From contig JBDRYB010000006.1 in assembly GCA_039803205.1 (NCBI GenBank), positions 45,331 to 109,330 on the forward strand: a stretch of 64,000 nt of DNA. The letters run 5' to 3'. How positions within the stretch are numbered: position 1 is the stretch's first letter; every line of letters starts with the position of its first letter. This document shows positions 37,097 to 48,400 of this stretch, in pieces. The translations under genes and the position numbers were made by a program. The notes beneath the pieces are model-generated. The model did not search any database. It was not told where the DNA came from and worked only from the letters and a program-made list of their open reading frames with translations. Source of the DNA: a candidate division WOR-3 bacterium. GTDB taxonomy: Bacteria > Hydrothermota > Hydrothermia > JBDRYB01.

Positions 37097-38740
37097 CTAC
37101 TTCGTCACAACGACCTTTCCGGTCCCCGTGAACCTTCCAGCCTCAGCCCTGAAGAGGTATGTCCCAACGGGGAGGCCTGACATGTCTATCCTGATGGAAC
37201 CCGTGCCCTCCGCGCTCACGATCTCACGCCCAGCAACATCGTAGACCGTCGCGTTTGCCCTGGTGTTTGAAGGAAGCCCGCTGAGGACGAGGCTATGTCC
37301 AACCATCCTGTATGAGAAGAGGCTCGCGCCCGAACCCGTCTCAGCCACATCTATGCTCTGATCGTCGTAGGCCAGGTCCTTGTAGTGGGGGACAACAGCG
37401 TTGAGCCATGAGTTGAAGTAAAGGTCCAGGTTATTTACTGGGTCGTAAATATATGTGAGCCATATCCTCGCGGAGCCGTTGTCGTTCCTGAAGTGCTTCG
37501 GAGCGTGGACCATGCACTCGTTGACATTTGAGGTGTTGGTGAGATTCACGGGGGTTGACCAGACATTGCCTATGTGATTCGTGCAAACGGTCTTATACAC
37601 ATCATACCAGCCCCAACCGAGATTACCATCCCACTGGGTCATCTGGTTGTAGATGATCACATAGTTACCGTAGAAATCAGTGACTATGTTTGGGTAGTAG
37701 AGGAAGGCGTTCGGGTCAGCAGGGTTGAGGACCACGACAGGATAGGATGTGTCCTCGTTCGCTATGACTATGGCCTTTGAGAGGGTGTCGGCCTGGGAAT
37801 TGAGCGCGGCAAGCTCGCAAACATACAAGGGCTTCACGGTCACAGGGTTCGTCTGGATGTCAAATGAAAGGGCGGACTCGTCAGATATTATAGCGTCAAG
37901 CACATATCCGCCACCGAGGTCCATCTGGTATATGGGAGCGAAGAGATAGGGGCCATCAATATTGATGCTGGTTCCGTCCCAGGTTATCTTCCAGTAAGCA
38001 GGGCCCAGGCTCATGTCAGACCCGAAGAAGTAGACGACATCGTTGAACGGATCGTAATCAATCCCCGTGATGTAGACCCCGGAGAGGAGCGCCGTTGGCT
38101 CGTAGATGTAGGTTCCTCCATTGGGGTCATAGACGCCGAGGTATATGATCTGGCCCGCATCAGAACCTGCAACGAACACATTCCCGTCGTTCATGTAGAC
38201 CCCGATGTTCTTGTGGGTGCCTATGTTGTCGGTTCTGTCGCCAATCGTGTTTGATGGATCGGCTGTTGCGGTTGCCATGTAGCCCCATGCTGGACCAGGG
38301 GCGAGCTCTGGCCAAGTGCCAACGGGATACTCGTTCACATTACGAGGAACAGCCTGGGGATACCTGCCTCCAGCGTCCGCGAGCCCGGCCTTGAAGTTCA
38401 GTGAGTCCATGAAGTCCCAGGTTGAGCCCTCGTTCCATGACCAACGGATGGCCACGGGCGCGGATGGATGCCTGTAGAGCCAAGCCACGGATCTGAAGTC
38501 ATTCGTGTTGACATTCGCGGGTTCCTGTATGGTGGTCCAGTAGTCAAACTGGCTCGTTCCTGAGTCCGTTAGGGCAACAGTGAGGGCCATGGGGCTAGCG
38601 AAGTGCCTCGGCCCGGCCCAATTGAAGACCGACGGAGCCTCCGGCTCAGAAACGCTCTCGCTCAGATAGACCCTCTCTGCTTTAGGCGGAGCCGCAAGTA
38701 GCCCGCCAACCAGTCCTGCTATTGCCAGATACCTCTTCAT
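37097..38740 (-). CDS. Secreted protein with T9SS-type CTD
   Basis: Signal peptide; C-terminal VYDVAGR...LPVGTY...K. Confidence 0.75.
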   Translation of the reverse strand: MKRYLAIAGLVGGLLAAPPKAERVYLSESVSEPEAPSVFNWAGPRHFASPMALTVALTDSGTSQFDYWTTIQEPANVNTNDFRSVAWLYRHPSAPVAIRWSWNEGSTWDFMDSLNFKAGLADAGGRYPQAVPRNVNEYPVGTWPELAPGPAWGYMATATADPSNTIGDRTDNIGTHKNIGVYMNDGNVFVAGSDAGQIIYLGVYDPNGGTYIYEPTALLSGVYITGIDYDPFNDVVYFFGSDMSLGPAYWKITWDGTSINIDGPYLFAPIYQMDLGGGYVLDAIISDESALSFDIQTNPVTVKPLYVCELAALNSQADTLSKAIVIANEDTSYPVVVLNPADPNAFLYYPNIVTDFYGNYVIIYNQMTQWDGNLGWGWYDVYKTVCTNHIGNVWSTPVNLTNTSNVNECMVHAPKHFRNDNGSARIWLTYIYDPVNNLDLYFNSWLNAVVPHYKDLAYDDQSIDVAETGSGASLFSYRMVGHSLVLSGLPSNTRANATVYDVAGREIVSAEGTGSIRIDMSGLPVGTYLFRAEAGRFTGTGKVVVTK

Positions 38741-38778
38741 GTTTAAAACCTCCTTACGGTTTTAGCGCGGCGAAAAGC

Positions 38779-39756
38779 TTAAAGCCCTCCCTCTATCTTT
38801 TTCAAGATGGTCTTGTAGTTGTTCGGGTCAAAGGCCCAAAGGAACCATGTGGCGTCCTTGATGTTCCATGAAGGATCAGGGAAATCCGGATACATCTTGT
38901 GGAGGACATCAACCGCGTTCGCGTTCAGTCCATACTTGAAAAGGGTATAAGCCAGGATGCTGTAAACGGTCTGGGAATCCGTTGCTGTTATGGACTGGGG
39001 AACGCGCGGGTTGGAGCTCCCTGAGTAGTTGTTCAGGCCAGAGAGCGCGCCCGTGAGGTATATGTAAGCCGAGTTGAGGTCGCTCTTCTCGGCCAGATAA
39101 GCGAGGCCCATGCCGTATATGGAGAACCATATGTCCTGGTGTATCGGGGTTGTCTTCATATACTTGTAGTAGTATGTGAAGCTCTCCGCGGTGTCAGTCC
39201 ATGCGCCGTTGTAGTAGAAAGGCATCTCTGAGCATATGTAGACCCACTGATCATCAAAGCCAACCACATCAACCTCAAGCTTCCCGTGGGTGACCTTGGT
39301 GAACCCCAAAAGATAACCGGGGTATGTAACCTTGAGCTTCCAGACCCCAACGCCGTTAAAAGCAACCGTGTGATACCATGATGTGTCTATGTATGTGGAG
39401 AACTGGGAGGTGTCAAAGGTTATCGTGTTCAGGGTGTCGGTGATGGGTATGGGCTCTGAGAAGGCCGGTTCAGCCAGAATGAGAACGATGCTGAAAGCGC
39501 CATATGCGTTGGAATAATTGGAGACCTGGGAGCAGGAGTATCCCTTTCCAACATAGGCCTCCGGAAGATAAGCGTCCACGGTTATCACAGAATCAAAGGT
39601 TGCCTCCGCACCGGCGAAATCTCCGGCCCTGTATTTCGCCCAAGCGGCATCAAGGAGCGCCTCTATCTCAGGCGGCGGTTCAACCTCAGGAGCCTTCTGG
39701 CACCCGAAGGCCAGGACACCCAAAACTGCAAAAGGAAATAGCCTTTTCATTCTCAA
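38779..39756 (-). CDS. TPR lipoprotein
   Basis: Lipobox LAFGC; N-terminal TPR pair (AW..Y..GD...A, EAYVGKG). Confidence 0.7.
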   Translation of the reverse strand: MRMKRLFPFAVLGVLAFGCQKAPEVEPPPEIEALLDAAWAKYRAGDFAGAEATFDSVITVDAYLPEAYVGKGYSCSQVSNYSNAYGAFSIVLILAEPAFSEPIPITDTLNTITFDTSQFSTYIDTSWYHTVAFNGVGVWKLKVTYPGYLLGFTKVTHGKLEVDVVGFDDQWVYICSEMPFYYNGAWTDTAESFTYYYKYMKTTPIHQDIWFSIYGMGLAYLAEKSDLNSAYIYLTGALSGLNNYSGSSNPRVPQSITATDSQTVYSILAYTLFKYGLNANAVDVLHKMYPDFPDPSWNIKDATWFLWAFDPNNYKTILKKIEGGL

Positions 39757-39761
39757 CCTCC

Positions 39762-42176
39762 TTATCTGCTCATCACAAGCTTCGCTGTGTATGCCTTGTT
39801 GTTGACACGGAGCCTGTAGAAATAGACGCCGGATGGGGCCTTGCTCGCGTCCCAGGAGAGATAGACCTGGCCAGCATCGATCTCGCCCTCATAAACATCC
39901 GCTATCTTCTTGCCAGTTATGTCATAGACGCTCAGGGAAACCGAAGAGCGCTCAGGCAGAGAGAGGTAGAGCCTGGCCTCTCCGGGCCGGATCACGGATG
40001 GCGCGTAGAAGGAGAACTCTCCGGGAATGCCTGAGCCAGGCTTTCCGACCAGGAATGTTCCCATCCTGTCAGTCCAGGCAACGAGCCTCGTGCCATCAAC
40101 GCTCATATATGAATCCAGGCTCACCCACCTTCCGTTATCAAGCCGATAGACGCCTGAGGTTCCTTCGGCCGGGAACTCAACCCTTACTGGTCTCAGAATG
40201 GTTCCCTCGCTGGCCGCGAGGACGAAAACCCGGCCCTCAGCCTTCGGGCTGAGCCATATATCAGAGGCCCTTGATTCCGTAGCCACCAGGATGGTCCCAT
40301 ATGAGAAGGCCCCTGGAGGAACGGTTATCCTGGCGGTTCCTCCGAGTATGGGCCAATCGCCGCCCTCAGAGGGTATCGAAAGAACCGTTGCCACATCCGA
40401 AGGCAGGGTTGTCGCTGGGTTTCCGTTCCTATCGTATGCCTTCGTGACCTGTATTAGGACATCGCCAGTGTAAAGGGTTCCGAAAGCATCGTAGAGCATG
40501 AGGCTCACCTCACCAGCGTATATCTTGTCCGTAGAACCGCCAGCCAGGCCCACGAGCTTGATGTCCTTGCTGATTGGAGGATAAAGCGTATCAGCTGTAT
40601 CAGCCGCAAAGACCGTCACAACTGGGAATGTATCTCCGGGGGCCGCGTCGTTATACAAGGGTTCAGGCGACACCAGGTAGCATGTCGCTTTCCTGAGATA
40701 CACCGGATTCTGTATGGTGTAGAGGGTGTATAGGGTATCGTCAAGCGCAGGGCCTTGGGTATCGCTATTGCCCTTTATCCACATGTAGAAGCCGGTCTTG
40801 TTCCTGTTTATCACGACGAGATAGTGTTTATCCTCCATCTGGAAATAAGCGTGGTTGTGCTCATCCAGCTCTATGGGGGTCACGGAGTTCGTGGTTGTAT
40901 CTACGAGGTAAAGGGCCCAACCCGGAACCGTATCCCCTTCTATGACTATCTTGTTGTCGTCGTCGCCCTCAAAGTTGACGCCAGCAGGGGCAGGGCTTAT
41001 TCTGTATATCAGAGCACAGTATCCGAACTGGTTCTTCTGCTCATCCTTTGATTTTGACAGCATTATGGTGCCCGGAACAGCGAAGATCATCCTGTTGGGC
41101 GTGAAGCCCTCAAAATCATAGTCGTGAACCCTGCCGTGGAGGGTGACCTTGAGACCCCATTCCTCAACCGCCTTTGGCATGACGAGGCCATTCGCGTAGA
41201 GGGCGTATTCGGTCTGAGACCGAGCTCTGTAGAGAGAATCCCGGCCTACGCTCTTGAGGTAATCCTCCCCGAGCTTCTCCTCAAGGAACATCCACCATGT
41301 GAGCATGCGCTCGCGCTCTATCTCGGTCCCCTCAACCGGGTTCGGCCACAGGGGGTTTATCTGATAGAGATAGCAGTTGCTGTGCTGTGGCGCAGTATCC
41401 GAGCAGAGGACGATCCCGTAGAACCTCCAGTGATTCTTGGAGACATCCGGATACTTCGTGAAACCACACATGATATATGGTTTCATGGTATCCGGAGCGG
41501 TCTTATATGCCGAATACATGGCCATTCCAAGGAGGGAAATGGCCTCCTCCCGAGGGTCAAGCCTGTAGAGCACATATTTTCCGAAGAGATACCTGAGATA
41601 GTTCTCGTAGACGCCGAACTTGCTCGGTATGGCGAAGAACTCGGCGGCCGCGTTGTGCTTGCGTGGGTATGTGAGGATGAGCATGGGCTTCTTGTTTGAG
41701 TATTCGTAAGTGGTGTCCAGGTCCTTTGGGTTGAAGTATCCAAAGAGCGGCCATAGTCCTGGAGCGTTCTTCCACACATCTCCTGGTTCAGAAAACCAAA
41801 TAGGAGCCACAACGATGTAGACCTTCTCAGAGGGGATCAGTCCCTCAGCCTGCCAGAAAGAGAGGACCTGCGGCCTTATCTCTGATTCAAACTTCTGGGC
41901 GAGCGCCACAGCAAGGCTCTCCGCCCTGGCCGTGTCAACCCAGATATGTATTGTATCTCCAGGGTGGCCAGGGTCCTCAAAGATCCTCTCGTAGATAACG
42001 ACGCCGTAAGAGTTTGGCCCAGCGTAGAGCACATGGCCCCACCACGGGGTTGTATCCCTCTGATACTGGAGCCTCGCGTTGTCCAGGTATATGGGGAGAG
42101 AATCCCCCACCTGATACTGGGCGCCGAGACCCGATACAGCCCCCAGGAGAAGGAGCGCTGATAAAAGCCTTTTCAT
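39762..42176 (-). CDS. T9SS-type cargo with a degenerate metallopeptidase-like domain
   Basis: Signal peptide; CTD VYDITGK...WD......SGVYF; N-terminal half aligns by eye to the 5890-7491 peptidase. Confidence 0.65.
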   Translation of the reverse strand: MKRLLSALLLLGAVSGLGAQYQVGDSLPIYLDNARLQYQRDTTPWWGHVLYAGPNSYGVVIYERIFEDPGHPGDTIHIWVDTARAESLAVALAQKFESEIRPQVLSFWQAEGLIPSEKVYIVVAPIWFSEPGDVWKNAPGLWPLFGYFNPKDLDTTYEYSNKKPMLILTYPRKHNAAAEFFAIPSKFGVYENYLRYLFGKYVLYRLDPREEAISLLGMAMYSAYKTAPDTMKPYIMCGFTKYPDVSKNHWRFYGIVLCSDTAPQHSNCYLYQINPLWPNPVEGTEIERERMLTWWMFLEEKLGEDYLKSVGRDSLYRARSQTEYALYANGLVMPKAVEEWGLKVTLHGRVHDYDFEGFTPNRMIFAVPGTIMLSKSKDEQKNQFGYCALIYRISPAPAGVNFEGDDDNKIVIEGDTVPGWALYLVDTTTNSVTPIELDEHNHAYFQMEDKHYLVVINRNKTGFYMWIKGNSDTQGPALDDTLYTLYTIQNPVYLRKATCYLVSPEPLYNDAAPGDTFPVVTVFAADTADTLYPPISKDIKLVGLAGGSTDKIYAGEVSLMLYDAFGTLYTGDVLIQVTKAYDRNGNPATTLPSDVATVLSIPSEGGDWPILGGTARITVPPGAFSYGTILVATESRASDIWLSPKAEGRVFVLAASEGTILRPVRVEFPAEGTSGVYRLDNGRWVSLDSYMSVDGTRLVAWTDRMGTFLVGKPGSGIPGEFSFYAPSVIRPGEARLYLSLPERSSVSLSVYDITGKKIADVYEGEIDAGQVYLSWDASKAPSGVYFYRLRVNNKAYTAKLVMSR

Positions 42177-42187
42177 CTCAAACCTCC

Positions 42188-43180
42188 TTAAAAGCTAACC
42201 GAAAGCCCTATCCTGTGAAGGTCAGGCAACCCACCCATGTCCGAGAAGGAGTAATCAACCGCTCCACGGAAGAACGAGATGCCGACCCCGCCGGAGAAGC
42301 CTCCGGACGGCGGAGCGTTTTCAGCCTCCTGGAACATGAACTTGTTCCCCGCCCTCAGGTAGAGCATGTTGAAGAGGTTATACTCCATGCCTATGGCATA
42401 GGATTCCACATAATCGTTCGGGTGGGTTATCTCAGCGGCCAAGAGAAGGCCTTGATACTCTGTTTTCCACAGGCTCATGGACATTCCAACCCTGAACAGC
42501 AGGGGAAGGGGATAAGGGCTGAACTCAGCCGAGGAGTCGCCCTTAATCGCGCCCTGCTCGTATGTCCAGCGGATGTATGTTCCTGATGGCTTGAGGTCCG
42601 GGCCGAAGTTCTGCATGGACATAGCGAGAGTGAGGTCCCGAAATCCGGTCTTGTAGTATGTTCCGACATCCGTAGCGAATGTCCAAGCGGATGCGTAGGG
42701 GCCAAATCCCTCATACACGCCCTTTATGTTCAGTCCAAAGGAGAACTTGTCCGTGAAATACTGGGCATAGCTGACGCCCATCTGCATGGCCGTATATGAG
42801 AACTCATCGCCCTGTGTTATGTCGCCGTTCTCCTCAAGCCTCCACTCCTGGAACCCGGTGGACATGAGGCCTCCGAGGAAGATCCCGTAGTTACCTGCCT
42901 TGCCAGGAGCGACAAACGCCAAACCGCCAACATAGGTGTCAACCCAGTATGGGAGCATGGTCGTGGCAATAGCCCTTGTCTTCACATTGGCTATGCCGGC
43001 TGGGTTTATGAAAACAGTGTAGGGGTCGTTTGCGACTGAGACATATGTCTCTCCCATGCCCACAGCCCTCGGCGAAATGGGTATGGTGAGAAACTTAGCG
43101 CCAGCTTGACCAACCTTCGCGAACTGCTGGGCCGCAAGAACCCCTGAAAGGATGAGAATGGCAGATATTGCCCTTTTCAT
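42188..43180 (-). CDS. PorV/PorQ-family (UPF0164) outer-membrane barrel
   Basis: GA.FL.I..S.RA.GMGE......D......NPAG signature; terminal F. Confidence 0.85.
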   Translation of the reverse strand: MKRAISAILILSGVLAAQQFAKVGQAGAKFLTIPISPRAVGMGETYVSVANDPYTVFINPAGIANVKTRAIATTMLPYWVDTYVGGLAFVAPGKAGNYGIFLGGLMSTGFQEWRLEENGDITQGDEFSYTAMQMGVSYAQYFTDKFSFGLNIKGVYEGFGPYASAWTFATDVGTYYKTGFRDLTLAMSMQNFGPDLKPSGTYIRWTYEQGAIKGDSSAEFSPYPLPLLFRVGMSMSLWKTEYQGLLLAAEITHPNDYVESYAIGMEYNLFNMLYLRAGNKFMFQEAENAPPSGGFSGGVGISFFRGAVDYSFSDMGGLPDLHRIGLSVSF

Positions 43181-43191
43181 GTTTTTCCTCC

Positions 43192-45444
43192 CTATCTAAG
43201 GATCATCATCTTGCCCATCATGTAGTCGCCATCAGGCTTGGTTATCTTATAGAAATAGACGCCCGAGACAACGCGCTGTCCGTTCCTCGTCAGGAGGTCC
43301 CATGCCTCTGTTCCGGAGCCAACCCCTCCCTCATCCACGCCGGATCTGTGTTCAAGGGTCTGAACCCAATCGCCCGAAAGGGTGTATATATCTATCCTGC
43401 ACGATGGCGGCAGATACTGGAATTCAACCTTCTGGACCACCTCCGTTGCTGTCCAGACGGCTGAACCGAGGAACGGGTTTGGAACGACCCTCACCTTGCT
43501 CTTCCAGTCATCCCCTGATGATGCAGTGATCATGTTCGTGGGAACCGGAGCGCCATCCGAGGACTTCTTGTAGTTGTCCTTCGCGCTCTCAAGCGCGATG
43601 AGCTTACCCTCATCCCAGTCAAAAGCAGTAACAGCGTAGTAATAAGGGAAACCAGGCTTCGGGCCGTTTGGATTATCAGCGTAGTCAATGAACTGGTGGG
43701 GCGTGGTATCAGAGTAAAAGGTTATCTTATCTTTGTCGTTGGGCCAGATGTCGTCCTTTATCCTTTCTTTTATGGAATCCGGAATCCCAGGTTTGAAGAA
43801 CACGGCAAGGGGAGGATCCTTGAACTGAGGCGAGTAGATTGACCTGTAAACAGCGTAGCCCTGGAAGTCCAGCTGTCCGGAAACGGGATCAGGGGTCACC
43901 TCAGCCCTGTTATCCCAGACGAGCTTCACCCCATCAGGGTTAGCCGTATACGATAGGAACGGGGAGACCGGCGGCACTGGTATCTGCCAGTGCGGGGACT
44001 CGTTGGGGCCTGATGGGTGAGCGGGATCATAGCCTGAGCCGGTGTAGTAAGCAATGAGGCCAACATCAACCAGGTTCCTCACTCCCGGCATCCACTTGCC
44101 TCCTCTCCAATAGTAATCGTTTCCGCCGGAAAGACCCATTCCAACACAACCGATCCAAACTATGGAGATGGTATCGCCGCTGTAAATTGTGAAGGGCCCG
44201 TATGAGTTGACGAACCTGTAGTCAAACTCCTTCGCGCCCAGGTCATATGGCATGGGAGCGAACCTGTAGCCTCCGGTCGCGTTGTGTTTTCCGGAGAGAT
44301 ACTGATAACGAGCCTCGTCCGTGGGCGGGTCAGATTCCCAGTTCCACCACTGATGGGCGTATGCCCTGGTTATCCTGAAGCTGGGGTCTCCAGGATCAGT
44401 GCTGTCAGTTGGGGTTCCGCTCGTGTATATGGCGGCTTTTGCGATATAGCCCGCGCACGCTCCGCCCTCTCCGACATCCATGTTTGGGTCAGCCGGGTTC
44501 TCCGCATCCCATATGTATGAAGCGTTCCTGGGAAGAAGATAATAATAGTAATAAGTTCCTGAGCCATCGGGCCTCTCGTATGAGAAGGAATCCGGCATGA
44601 CGCCGCCGTTGTGAGCGTCTGCCCATGCCTTCGTTATCTCCTTTTCGGCCTCCTCATCTCCCCAGATTATGTAGCCGTCAGGTATGCCATCTGGACCCTC
44701 AAGGGTTGTATCCGAGAGGATGCAGAAAGAGTCCTGCTCCGATGGGTTGTAGCTGAAGCTAGCCCACTCGCCGAATGTGTAGCCGTCAAAAGCGACCAGG
44801 TCATCTATGTGCGGGTCAGTTGGGTCCGCTCCGCAGTTGTCAGAGTCATATACCCATGCAACGAAGACATTCTCCAGGGGATCCGGAGAACCGCAGTCGT
44901 TCTCGTCCTTGTTGTAGGTTATCAGGATCTCGTTCCCAAAGAGGGAGGCGTATGGCATGTGAGGCCAGGAAAGGGTTCTCTCTATCACCTTCACGCCCAG
45001 GTGTCTACCGCTGGTGTTGTATGTGTTGTCAAGGAAGTCGTGATATATGGCCACAACATCAAGAGCGGATTTCCCAGGTCCTATGAAGTAGAAGCCTTGA
45101 ACGGTATTTTCATCAGAGGGACCCCATTCCCACTCTCCATACTCGGTCTGGGTCACGAAGGTATCAGAACCTATGACGGTTCCAACCCAGAACTTTCCCT
45201 GCCACTGGTAATAAACATTTACCCCGGGTGCCCATCCGGGCCAAGAATACGACGGCCCTATTTCGTTGGGCGCGTCGCCATCCTCGCCCCTGTTCCAGAC
45301 GGTGTTCCAGAGCTCCCCTTTGTCAATCGCGTATTTGCTGACGGCCGTGAGGCCAAACGGAACATATCCTCCGTCCGGAACGCCTACGGTTCTGGCAGAG
45401 GAAAGCCCTGCCAGCACGCACATAGCAATTAAGGCCTTTTTCAT
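43192..45444 (-). CDS. Secreted protein with FN3-like domain and VVPNP-type CTD
   Basis: RBS AGGAGG; V.L.WD..AE, DFQGY.VYRS, YYYAVTAFD, VVPNP, WDL.T.NGQ.V.SGVY. Confidence 0.75.
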   Translation of the reverse strand: MKKALIAMCVLAGLSSARTVGVPDGGYVPFGLTAVSKYAIDKGELWNTVWNRGEDGDAPNEIGPSYSWPGWAPGVNVYYQWQGKFWVGTVIGSDTFVTQTEYGEWEWGPSDENTVQGFYFIGPGKSALDVVAIYHDFLDNTYNTSGRHLGVKVIERTLSWPHMPYASLFGNEILITYNKDENDCGSPDPLENVFVAWVYDSDNCGADPTDPHIDDLVAFDGYTFGEWASFSYNPSEQDSFCILSDTTLEGPDGIPDGYIIWGDEEAEKEITKAWADAHNGGVMPDSFSYERPDGSGTYYYYYLLPRNASYIWDAENPADPNMDVGEGGACAGYIAKAAIYTSGTPTDSTDPGDPSFRITRAYAHQWWNWESDPPTDEARYQYLSGKHNATGGYRFAPMPYDLGAKEFDYRFVNSYGPFTIYSGDTISIVWIGCVGMGLSGGNDYYWRGGKWMPGVRNLVDVGLIAYYTGSGYDPAHPSGPNESPHWQIPVPPVSPFLSYTANPDGVKLVWDNRAEVTPDPVSGQLDFQGYAVYRSIYSPQFKDPPLAVFFKPGIPDSIKERIKDDIWPNDKDKITFYSDTTPHQFIDYADNPNGPKPGFPYYYAVTAFDWDEGKLIALESAKDNYKKSSDGAPVPTNMITASSGDDWKSKVRVVPNPFLGSAVWTATEVVQKVEFQYLPPSCRIDIYTLSGDWVQTLEHRSGVDEGGVGSGTEAWDLLTRNGQRVVSGVYFYKITKPDGDYMMGKMMILR

Positions 45445-45460
45445 GAAAAACCTCCTTATC

Positions 45461-48400
45461 TTACGGTTTCCAGAAGAACTGGATTCCAACCCTGGTCACC
45501 CTCCGGGCGTTGTAGACCGTCGGGTTCCTGACCTCTCCCTCTGGATCTCCGAAGTAGTAGAAATACTGGCCGTCATCAAAGCCAGTGATGTAGTGCTGGT
45601 TCCAGATATTGAATATGTCAGTGAAGAGCCGCGCCTCAAGGCTCTTGAACCCGAAGTCCTTGTAGAGCCTCATGTCCCAGTTGGAGTGAGGGGTAAGCCT
45701 GAGGGTGTTTGTCTTCTCAAGGGCATCGCGGATGTCCCTTATCGGAGGAGACCACGGAGTGCCAGACCCATAGGTATATACAGCGGATATTCCGTAGCCA
45801 GAGGTGAACATGTTGGCCTCCAAGGGAACCGCCCATGTGAAGATCATGCTCAGGGTGTGGCGCTCGTCCCAGTTCAGGTAGTGCTCCTCTGAGTAAGAGA
45901 GGGGCAGTCTCGCCCAAGCGTATGAGTAAGAGCTGAACGGGGAGGAGAAACTCCCCTTAGCGAGCTGGAAGGTGTAGTTCAGGTCATAGGAGAAATACGG
46001 GAGGAATCCGCCCGGCATCTTGGAGAACTGGACCTCAAATCCCCTCACGGAAGCGAAGTCCTGGTTCACGAAGGTGGTGTAGTTGCGCCCCGTCTCAAGG
46101 TCATAGCGTTTGGTCTGAACCAGGTCAGAGATGTCCTTGTAGAAAGCAGTGAAGTCAACCACAAGCTCCCCTGTGAAAGCGTGCTTGACGCCAACCTCAT
46201 AGGATATGGTCTTCTCAGGCTTCAAAGCAGGGTTGCCCATCAAGGGGAAAGCACCGTTCCACATGTAATACTGGTTCATGTAGAGGTATCTGAGCAAGGG
46301 CTCCTGGAAGTAGTGACCGTATGTGAAATGCAGGACATCACGCTCGGTTATTGGGTGGGAGATGCCGATCCTTGGGCTTATATACCAGTGGGTAGGCGCT
46401 CGCTCAGGGGCAAGCAGGAGGTATGTATCGCGAACCTCAGGCTGGTTGACCCAGACCGGATCCGTGGCTGAGATTGTCTTGTAGCTCTTCACGGGGTGCC
46501 AGGGGTCCTTCGGGACCCAGGCGTTCGGGTTGAAGTAGTCAAACCTGAACCCGACATTCGCTATCATGCCCTGGAACTCCATCTTGTCCCTGGCATACAC
46601 GGCCAGCTTGTAGGGTTTGGCGTTGACCTCATCCGTGTATATGTTGCCTCCTGATGCGTAATCCATGGAGTGCCTGTCAATGTGGTGCCTGACGAACTCA
46701 AACCCCATCTTCATCTCGTGGCCCTTCAGGTTCGCGAAGTCCTGAGACACCAGGTCAGACCTAAAGGTATAGGTGGTATAATAGGCATTGAAATAAACCT
46801 GACGGTCCCATGTTGAGTAGTTCGGGGTATATATGTTTCCTAAGCGCTCCAGGGTGTCAACCACGAGGCTATCAAGGACAGGATCCGAGACATCAAGGGT
46901 AAGGGTATCCCCCAACCAGTCGCCGTAATTAGCGGTATCGGTTACCTCTTTCACCACGCAAACGATGTAGTCAGAGTTATAACGCCCTATGGAAAGAGAT
47001 GGGTGAAGGCCCGTCATTTGGGATTCCCACCAATACATGTTCAGTTCAACCCAGTCTGAGTCGGAGTCCCACTCCCTTATCCAAGTCGGGTCAAGATACT
47101 TGCCGATGAGGGCTAGGGCGCGCGGGTCAACCTCAGGGTAGCCATCGTTGTCGCGGTCCCCGTAGTCATCTACTCCATCCATATTCATGTCCTCATAGAC
47201 ATCCATGTGGGTGTTGAGCTTATAGTAGCTCCCCCTCAGCTCCAGGTATGTCTTTGATGAGAAGAGGTAGTTTATGCCCCCGACATACTGCCTGCTCTTG
47301 TTGGAGCTAACCGGGAGGTGGCTCAGAGCGAGGCGCCAACCCGGATCGTATTCTCCCGCGAGTTGCTGGCTTCCAACCGTTGAGAAGAACAGCTTCATGG
47401 AGTTCGTGGGAGTGAAGGTCAGCTTTGTCTGGTCAGAGAGCTGGTTTGTAGCTGAGCCGGGGAACCTGGCTCCGTCCCATGTCCAGTCCCAGGATGTGAA
47501 GAGCTTGAGCTTGTTCTTCGTGAAGGGGATGGGGGTCCCAAGGCTGAACTGATACCGGGTCATGTTTTCCTTGTGGTCTATTGGCAGGGTGTATTCCCCA
47601 TCCTTCCAATACTGATTATAGTAGAAAGCAGGTATTTCCGTGTTCTTTATGCCCATGGAGTCGTATCTGGCCCACCTTTGGTTCTCGTAATAGAACAGGG
47701 AATCATAGGAGAACGGGCCATCGGAGCGCATGTAGTCCCTGGTGAACCACTTCATATATGGATCGCCGTGATTGGAGTTGAATATGTCTCCGGGCAGAGC
47801 GGATGTTCTCGCGGTGAAGCTTACATCGGGCTTGTTGCCGGCCTCCTTGGTGCTAACGGCTATCACTCCCGAGGCCGCAGAGCCATACTCGGCTCCGAAT
47901 CCGCCCTTGGACACCGATGTCTCCTGAATGGCATCGAGGGGGAGAACAGTCGCCTGATAGCCCGTGTATGGGTTCCGTATCTCCGCGCCATCAACCACGA
48001 AGGCAACCTCACCAGGCCTACCTCCTCTGACCTGAAGATACGCCCCATACTGCTTCACGCCCGTCTGGAGCAATATTGCCTGCTCAACATTGGAAACGGG
48101 CATAGCGGCTATCTTTTCCGCTCTTATGTTGGTCACGGACGCTGTCACATCCTTCTTGATCACGGGCTCTTTAGCTATTACCTCAATCACCCTCGTGGTT
48201 ACCGCGCCTGGCTCCAGCTTGAAGTTCAGCTCCACCGTTCTATCCGCATCAACCTTTACATTCTTATAGCTCATGGAGCCGTAGCCTATCATCTGCGCGG
48301 TTATGGTGTAGGTTCCTGGTGAGACACGAAGGATGACGAAGTAGCCGTTCTCATCAGCGGCCGTGCCTTGGCCTGTCTCAGCTATCTTGACGCTCGCGCC

